From contig PFAZ01000009.1 of NCBI GenBank assembly GCA_002773535.1, forward strand, positions 34,739 through 98,738: DNA of 64,000 nucleotides, in the 5' to 3' direction. Made by a program: the position numbers and the translations under genes. The notes under the pieces are model-generated. The model made no database searches and was not told where the DNA came from. It saw only the letters and a list, made by a program, of their open reading frames with translations. Numbering within the stretch: the stretch's first letter is position 1; each line of letters opens with the position of its first letter. Positions 58,422-64,000 of the stretch are shown one piece after another. The DNA comes from Candidatus Harrisonbacteria bacterium CG10_big_fil_rev_8_21_14_0_10_40_38. Lineage in GTDB: Bacteria; Patescibacteriota; Minisyncoccia; UBA6257; 1-14-0-10-40-38.

Positions 58422-59420
58422 TTAGTTGAGTTTTTTTGATATTTTTCCAAGATGTTTATACGCGTGATCTGTAGCAACTCTTCCTGAGGGAGTTCTGATC
58501 ATAAGACCGATAGACATAAGGAAAGGTTCGTGTACATCTTCTATATTTCCTCTGTCGTCATTGAGGGCTGCGGCGAGAGTAGCGACTCCAACAGGACCTC
58601 CGTTGAATTTGTCTATTATCATTTCTAAAAGTCGCCTGTCGTATGGCTCGAGACCGAGAGTGTCTATTTCGAGCATTTTAAAGGTTTCTTTTACTATTTC
58701 TTCGCTTATTGCTTCTCCTTGATTATAAACTTCTCCGTAATCTCGTACCCTCTTTAGGAGACGATTTGCTACACGAGGGGTAAATCTTGATGCTTCGGCA
58801 ATTATAGACACTGCTTTTTGATCAATTTTCATGCCGAGTATTTTTGCAGATCTTTCGATAATGGATTGGATGTTTTCTGTGTTGTAATAATCAAGCTTAA
58901 ATGAAGCCCCAAATCTTGATCTTAGGGGACCTGAGAGAAGATTTGCTCTTGTGGTCGCGGCGATAAGCATAAAAGGCGGCAGATCAAGAGCTATTGTTCT
59001 GGCTGTTGGACCTTTGCCGACTATGAGGTTTAATTTTCTCTCTTCCATAGCAGGGTAGAGAACTTCTTCATTCATCCTATTTAATCTATGGGCTTCGTCT
59101 ATAAATAGAACATCTCCTTGTTCAATATTTGTGAGAACTGCCGCTATGTCACCAACTTTTTCTAGTGATGGGCCTGAGGTTATTTTAAGATTCGCCCCCA
59201 TTTCTCTTGCAACCAAGTGAGCTAAGGTTGTCTTACCAAGACCAGCCTGCCCATAGAACAAAACGTGGTCGCAAACCTCATTTCGCCTTTTTGAGGCTTC
59301 TAACATTATTTTTAACTGCTCTTTTACCTTTTCCTGACCCACATATTCGTCCCATTTTGTGGGCCTTAAAATAACATCTATGGCCTGTGTATCGTTTATA
59401 TTATTCACTTCGCTTTCCAT
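58422..59420 (-). CDS. ruvB: Holliday junction helicase RuvB
   Basis: LRP..W.EYVGQ, GQAGLGKTT, FIDEAHRL, TPRVANRLLKRVRD. Confidence 0.96.
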   Translation of the reverse strand: MESEVNNINDTQAIDVILRPTKWDEYVGQEKVKEQLKIMLEASKRRNEVCDHVLFYGQAGLGKTTLAHLVAREMGANLKITSGPSLEKVGDIAAVLTNIEQGDVLFIDEAHRLNRMNEEVLYPAMEERKLNLIVGKGPTARTIALDLPPFMLIAATTRANLLSGPLRSRFGASFKLDYYNTENIQSIIERSAKILGMKIDQKAVSIIAEASRFTPRVANRLLKRVRDYGEVYNQGEAISEEIVKETFKMLEIDTLGLEPYDRRLLEMIIDKFNGGPVGVATLAAALNDDRGNIEDVHEPFLMSIGLMIRTPSGRVATDHAYKHLGKISKKLN

Positions 59421-59464
59421 AGTGGGTTATTGACTTCTTTATATTGATATGATACAATATGCCG

Positions 59465-59640
59465 GCTCTTCACTAAGAGGGGTATTCCTTATATTATATC
59501 TTTTCGCTAGGGGACACTGACCTGGGGGCTGGGAGATATCCTTAGATTTAGGATGATCTGGTTTTGGCTGGGTCACTCCTCGGGGCATTTCTAGTCTGTT
59601 TCGGCAAGAAACATTTTGCCCCCAGATCAGTGTCTCTTAA
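59465..59640 (+). ncRNA. Candidate multi-branched ncRNA (family unassigned)
   Basis: TTGACT-17-TACAAT promoter (59430-59458); 19-bp closing stem 59510-59529/59618-59637 enclosing three hairpins. Confidence 0.5.
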
Positions 59641-59675
59641 CTTTTATAAAGTTAAGTTGCTATCTATTTAATCCA

Positions 59676-61400
59676 TTATATTAGGCCTGTTACTTCTTCG
59701 ACTTCTTCAAAAGTGGTCATTCCTGTTATAACTTTCAAAAATCCATCCTGTTGCATTGTTACCATACCTTGTTCTTTTATAGCATAATTCATTATTTCTG
59801 ACTCACTAGATTTTTTTTCAATAAGTTGTTCTAGATTTTTTTCGGATCCGAGCTCATTTTGCGCCTCGTTGTTTTTGATTTTCTCAAAATGAGGGTCATT
59901 AAGGAGTAGTTCAAAAATTGCGACTCTGCCCTTAAAACCGGAGCCGCCACAATGATCACATCCCTTTGGTTTAAAGAGGGTTATTTTTTTATATGGAGAT
60001 TGATCAACTCTTTTTGGAAGGGTTTTTAAGAAGTTATTTATTTTATTTGCCTGATCTTCTGTAACTGTTACTGATTCTTTGCATTCTTTACAGAGTCGTC
60101 TGATTAATCGTTGGGCGATAATAAGGTTAAGTGATGGGCCTATGCTTGAAGACTTAACATCTAAGTCTAGTAAGCGGGGGATTGCGCCTGCGGCTTCATT
60201 GGCGTGAATTGTAGAAAAAACCAAGTGACCTGTTAGCGCAGCTTGAATTGCTATCTCTGCGGTTTCTTTGTCTCTAACCTCGCCTACAAGAATGACGTCT
60301 GGGTCCTGACGCATGATGGATCGGAGTCCATCGGCAAATGTATAACCGGCTTCTTCGTCAATCTGGGTTTGCTCTATTCCTTGTAGGTGATATTCGATTG
60401 GGTCTTCGATTGTGATGATTTTAATTTCGGGATTGTGTTTTGATTTTAAAAATGCGTAAAGGGTTGTTGTTTTACCGGAACCTGTTGGGCCAGTGTTTAA
60501 AATCATGCCGTTGGGGCGCTTTAATTCGGTTTCGATTATTTCTAAATCATCTTTTCTAAATCCAAGTTCTGGGAGAGTTATATTTATGGCGTCGGGGTCT
60601 AAGACGCGCATTACTATGATTTCACCGAATTCTGATGGCGCGATAGCAACACGAAGTTCGATATCTTTTGTTGCGAGCCCTATTGTAAACCTGCCATCTT
60701 GAGGTCTGTCTGATACGTTTAATTTGAGATTAGATAAAAGTTTTATTCTTGAGGTAATAGCCTTGTAGTGTTTCGAAGGCAGGGTACCGGAAACATCCTG
60801 AAGAACGCCGTCTATTCTGAACCTAACTTTTAAATTTTTTTCTTCCGGCTCAAAGTGTATGTCTGATGTTCTATTAGCGAGGGCGCCTGATAATATAATT
60901 TCCAGAAATTCAGTTACCGATGATCCGTCGAAGTCAAAAGAGTTTACTTCCTCACTAACTTTTTTTATGGAAATAAGTTTTTCTGCTAGTTCTGAAACTC
61001 TCTTTTTTTCTATATTTACCCTACTGGTTATGGATGATTTTTCCGGAGTAGCGAATCTGTAAAAACTCCATATATGCTCAAGCCCACGCATGGAAGTTAT
61101 AAATAACCTGACTTCAAATCCTTGTTTTTTAAAGTTTGATATGACTTCGTTTGTTTCTTTTGATTTTGGATCTAAAACCACTAGTCCTATAACAGGTTTT
61201 TTCATTTCGAAAACAGCAACTTTCGCGTTCCTTGCAGTTTCTTCGTCCAAGAGACGAAGGACGTCAACTTTTACAGGAGTTGTTGTTATATCCAAGTAGG
61301 GGAGCCCACTATCATCTGCTTTTTTACGTGCATCTCTTTCTTCCGCTTCTTGCCGGATTTTTACAAGCTGTTCTTGTAATTTTGAAGATGGAAGAGCCAT
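59676..61400 (-). CDS. pilB: GspE/PulE family type IV pilus assembly ATPase (PilB-like)
   Basis: SDIHFEP, RFRIDG, PQDGRF, GPTGSGKTTTLY, EDPIEY, RQDPD, TGHLV, two CxxC pairs. Confidence 0.9.
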   Translation of the reverse strand: MALPSSKLQEQLVKIRQEAEERDARKKADDSGLPYLDITTTPVKVDVLRLLDEETARNAKVAVFEMKKPVIGLVVLDPKSKETNEVISNFKKQGFEVRLFITSMRGLEHIWSFYRFATPEKSSITSRVNIEKKRVSELAEKLISIKKVSEEVNSFDFDGSSVTEFLEIILSGALANRTSDIHFEPEEKNLKVRFRIDGVLQDVSGTLPSKHYKAITSRIKLLSNLKLNVSDRPQDGRFTIGLATKDIELRVAIAPSEFGEIIVMRVLDPDAINITLPELGFRKDDLEIIETELKRPNGMILNTGPTGSGKTTTLYAFLKSKHNPEIKIITIEDPIEYHLQGIEQTQIDEEAGYTFADGLRSIMRQDPDVILVGEVRDKETAEIAIQAALTGHLVFSTIHANEAAGAIPRLLDLDVKSSSIGPSLNLIIAQRLIRRLCKECKESVTVTEDQANKINNFLKTLPKRVDQSPYKKITLFKPKGCDHCGGSGFKGRVAIFELLLNDPHFEKIKNNEAQNELGSEKNLEQLIEKKSSESEIMNYAIKEQGMVTMQQDGFLKVITGMTTFEEVEEVTGLI

Positions 61401-61554
61401 AGAGGTTTATTGCCTCAAGCGTAGCTTATTTTTGCTCGTTTCTGCAAGGAATTTTAGAGGAAAAACTTACTCTATTGACATCTTGATATATTATATTGTA
61501 TAATATATCCAGTTTCTTTCATTCCTTTCCCTCTTATTACTAGAGAGGTGATCT

Positions 61555-61977
61555 GTGAGATTTCTAGTTGTTTGCTTTTTTTCTCTTCTTTCCGGGTGCT
61601 CTGGTTTTTTTTACCACTGCTCACTAGGAGTGGCGAATAAAACCGATGAGCCAATCACGATATCCGTTTACCAGGAATACAGCGACTATGTTTGGGAAAA
61701 CAATAGTCGCGTGACTCTTATTTGTGGGGGAGAAAACTATGTAATTGATCAAGGCGGGGTGACCGTTCGGCGACTAGAGCCGAACGAGTCGACGGTTCTT
61801 TTGTTTTCTAATTTCCGATCCGATTTTTCACAGACGGTAATCGTCAGTGTTGTATCGGATTCAGGGAAGGAGGGTAGAAGAAATTTCTTAATTCCGTCCG
61901 TGTACCATAACCCATACCAGAGATCGTGGGAGTGGGTCGTTAGTGATTACGAATGGACGGATTTTTTCGGATGGTGA
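61555..61977 (+). CDS. Hypothetical lipoprotein
   Basis: Lipobox LLSG-C; SD GAGGTGA; own TTGACA/TATAAT promoter and a terminator (61979-62011). Confidence 0.7.
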   Translation: MRFLVVCFFSLLSGCSGFFYHCSLGVANKTDEPITISVYQEYSDYVWENNSRVTLICGGENYVIDQGGVTVRRLEPNESTVLLFSNFRSDFSQTVIVSVVSDSGKEGRRNFLIPSVYHNPYQRSWEWVVSDYEWTDFFGW

Positions 61978-62054
61978 CGCGCCGGAGGGGGAAACCCCTC
62001 GGCGCTTTTTTGTTTCTTGCAGATATTATCTTACTTTTTTAATATACTTCTTAT

Positions 62055-62579
62055 ATGTCAGGACATAGTCATTGGTCACAAATACAAAGAAAAAAAGGCG
62101 CTAACGATCAGAAGCGTGGGCTTCTTTTTTCCAAACTTTTAAAAGCTATATCTATTACTGCCAGAGAAAATCCCGACCCTCAATTTAACCCCCGCCTTAG
62201 AACCATGATTGATAAGGCTAGGGCTGCAAATGTTCCGAATGACAATATCGACAGGGCAATAAAAAAATCTTCTGGTACATCAAATCTTTCAGAAGTTTTA
62301 ATCGAGGCGTATGGACCGGAAGGATGCGCGATACTTGTTGAGGGAATTACTGATAATAAAAATCGAACTATTTCAGAGATAAAACATATTCTTTCACAGA
62401 ACGATGCAAAAATCGCTGAACTTGGTTCTGTTTTATGGTCTTTTGAAAAGCGTGATAATGAGTGGGTTTCTAAATTTAGCAATCAAATATCTGAAGAAAG
62501 TATTAAAAAAATTGATAAACTAATATCTTTACTAGAAGACCATCCGGATGTTCAGAGAGTTATTACTAATACAAAATAA
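62055..62579 (+). CDS. yebC: YebC/PmpR family protein (short form)
   Basis: MSGHSHW, NPRLR, EAYGP, TDNKNRT; adjacent to ruvC. Confidence 0.92.
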   Translation: MSGHSHWSQIQRKKGANDQKRGLLFSKLLKAISITARENPDPQFNPRLRTMIDKARAANVPNDNIDRAIKKSSGTSNLSEVLIEAYGPEGCAILVEGITDNKNRTISEIKHILSQNDAKIAELGSVLWSFEKRDNEWVSKFSNQISEESIKKIDKLISLLEDHPDVQRVITNTK

Positions 62580-62582
62580 TTT

Positions 62583-63071
62583 ATGCGTTTTATTGGAATA
62601 GATCCGGGAACAACGAGGATAGGGTATGGGGTTGTTGATTATGAGAAAGATCTATCTTTAGTAAAGTACGGAGTTCTTGAGATATCCGCATCTAGTGATA
62701 TAGACAGGTTGAATGAGTTAGGAACAAGATTTTTGGATTTACTGAAATCAGTGTCTCCGGATGTAGCGGGTGTTGAGGTTTTGTATTTTGCAAAAAACCA
62801 AAAAACTGCTCTTTCTGTATCTCAAGCAAGGGGAGTTATTTTATACCTTCTTTCAAAAACCGGCATACCGATATATGAATATGGCCCAAATCATGTAAAA
62901 CAAGCGCTAACCAGTTATGGTGCCTCTGACAAAAAAGCAGTTGCTCTTATGGTTAAAAAACTTTTAAAAATTGATATATTATCCGGTCATGATGATGCGA
63001 GTGATGCTCTCGCGATTGCTATTACGACTGCTTATAGCCATGGTCGTTTTGATTTCTATAGGAGTGGCTAA
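62583..63071 (+). CDS. ruvC: Holliday junction resolvase RuvC
   Basis: IGIDPG, E.LYF.KN, QARGV, DDASDALAIA. Confidence 0.95.
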   Translation: MRFIGIDPGTTRIGYGVVDYEKDLSLVKYGVLEISASSDIDRLNELGTRFLDLLKSVSPDVAGVEVLYFAKNQKTALSVSQARGVILYLLSKTGIPIYEYGPNHVKQALTSYGASDKKAVALMVKKLLKIDILSGHDDASDALAIAITTAYSHGRFDFYRSG

Positions 63072-63154
63072 AAACACTTGTTGACAGTTGATTTACTGTT
63101 ATTATAATGAGTAAATATTTTTATTAAAAAAGGTCGTGCCAATTTTAAAAGGCT

Positions 63155-63367
63155 ATGATTGAGACAAAAAATAATCACAATCCATATTTTTTGAGTGATC
63201 AGAGTGAAGACGAGTTCAACAACGATCACGCTATCAATATGCACAATGATGAAGATAAGGAGGAAGATATGGATGGTGATGATACGGGATCGGATTTTGA
63301 TGAAGATGAAGAGGAAGATATGGATGGTGATGATGATAAAGAAGACGAAGACGAAGAAAGTTTTTAG
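63155..63367 (+). CDS. Small, extremely acidic protein
   Basis: 70 aa, D/E-rich, flanked by a TTGACA-16-TATAAT promoter (63081-63108) and a hairpin terminator (63400-63430). Confidence 0.6.
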   Translation: MIETKNNHNPYFLSDQSEDEFNNDHAINMHNDEDKEEDMDGDDTGSDFDEDEEEDMDGDDDKEDEDEESF

Positions 63368-63471
63368 TTTTTGTTTTTGATACAATCTTCCGCAATTCAC
63401 AAAACCCCTTTGTAATACGGAGGGGTTTTGCTATCTTTGTTATTTTGCTTTACTTTTGTTCTTAGAGTGTT

Positions 63472-64000
63472 ATGAAAAATAAATTTGTTAAAATTTTTAA
63501 AAAATGGAGTTTAAAAACCATCTTAATTGGTCTTAGTTCCTTTGTTTTGATTGGGATTTTAGCTTTTGCTTTATTTGTTTTTTTTACAATACAAACACTT
63601 CCATCGCCTGAGCTTTTAGAGAATCGTCAGATTGCACAATCAACAAAGATATACGATAGAACCGGAAAGGTTCTTTTATATGAAATCCATGGTGAAGAGA
63701 TAAGAACTATTATAGATTTTGCGAATATACCACAGAGTGTCAAGGATGCCACGATAGCTGTTGAAGATGCCGGTTTTTACACACACAATGCAGTGGAAGT
63801 GCAATCAATAATAAGGGCGTTTTTTGCAAATATAAGAGTGTTTCTTTTTGGACAGGGTATTGTTCAAGGTGGATCGACTATAACCCAACAGCTAGCAAAA
63901 AAAGCTTTTCTATCAGATGAGAGAACTCCAACGAGAAAAATAAAGGAACTTGTTTTATCAATACAACTTGAGAAGAAATTTACAAAAGATGAGATTTTAG
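63472..64000 (+). CDS. Class A penicillin-binding protein (transglycosylase N-terminus; runs off the window end)
   Basis: Manual translation: TM, STKIYDRTG, AVEDAGFY.H, QGGSTITQQLAK, RKIKE. Confidence 0.92.
   Translation, partial: MKNKFVKIFKKWSLKTILIGLSSFVLIGILAFALFVFFTIQTLPSPELLENRQIAQSTKIYDRTGKVLLYEIHGEEIRTIIDFANIPQSVKDATIAVEDAGFYTHNAVEVQSIIRAFFANIRVFLFGQGIVQGGSTITQQLAKKAFLSDERTPTRKIKELVLSIQLEKKFTKDEIL

Noticed and set aside
63068-63400. 110-aa hydrophobic - strand ORF
   Set aside because: Antisense shadow of the GAT/GAA-rich acidic ORF, whose strand carries the promoter.
1-64000. Alternative genetic code (UGA=Gly)
   Set aside because: Conserved genes such as recA, nusA, rpsO and recG end at TGA at expected lengths and are uninterrupted in code 11.

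Overview
64 kb of a low-GC, streamlined bacterial chromosome (genetic code 11). Gene content points to Patescibacteria/CPR, Parcubacteria-like (inference). Supporting signs are VirB2/TrbC-like pilins beside an orphan solute-binding protein, an rpsO-NYN-pnp operon, a class II RNR, an H+-PPase, GWxW-repeat secreted proteins and core genes mostly lacking Shine-Dalgarno sites. Core genes include clpB, htrA, iscS, ftsK, recA, nusA, hppA, holA, rpsT, comM, pnp, rpsO, rpsA, gyrA, a Xer recombinase, ftsH, recG, nrdJ, clpP, tig, tsaE, ruvB, pilB, yebC, ruvC and a PBP1A, plus nine tRNAs. Most notable: (1) a tRNA-Phe(GAA) split by a 205-nt group I intron that has no room for P9, directly downstream of a free-standing HTH plus LAGLIDADG-like ORF; (2) about 1 kb of non-coding DNA carrying about 10 parS palindromes next to DnaA-like boxes; (3) a tRNA-Ile with a UAU anticodon, followed by a 190-bp element bounded by a copy of the tRNA 3' end; (4) a phosphomannomutase split at a domain boundary into two separately expressed genes around a foreign insert; (5) two unassigned structured ncRNA candidates with their own promoters; (6) an operon of paralogous secreted Cys-rich fibre-like proteins. 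All calls were made by eye from motifs; no database searches or folding programs were run.
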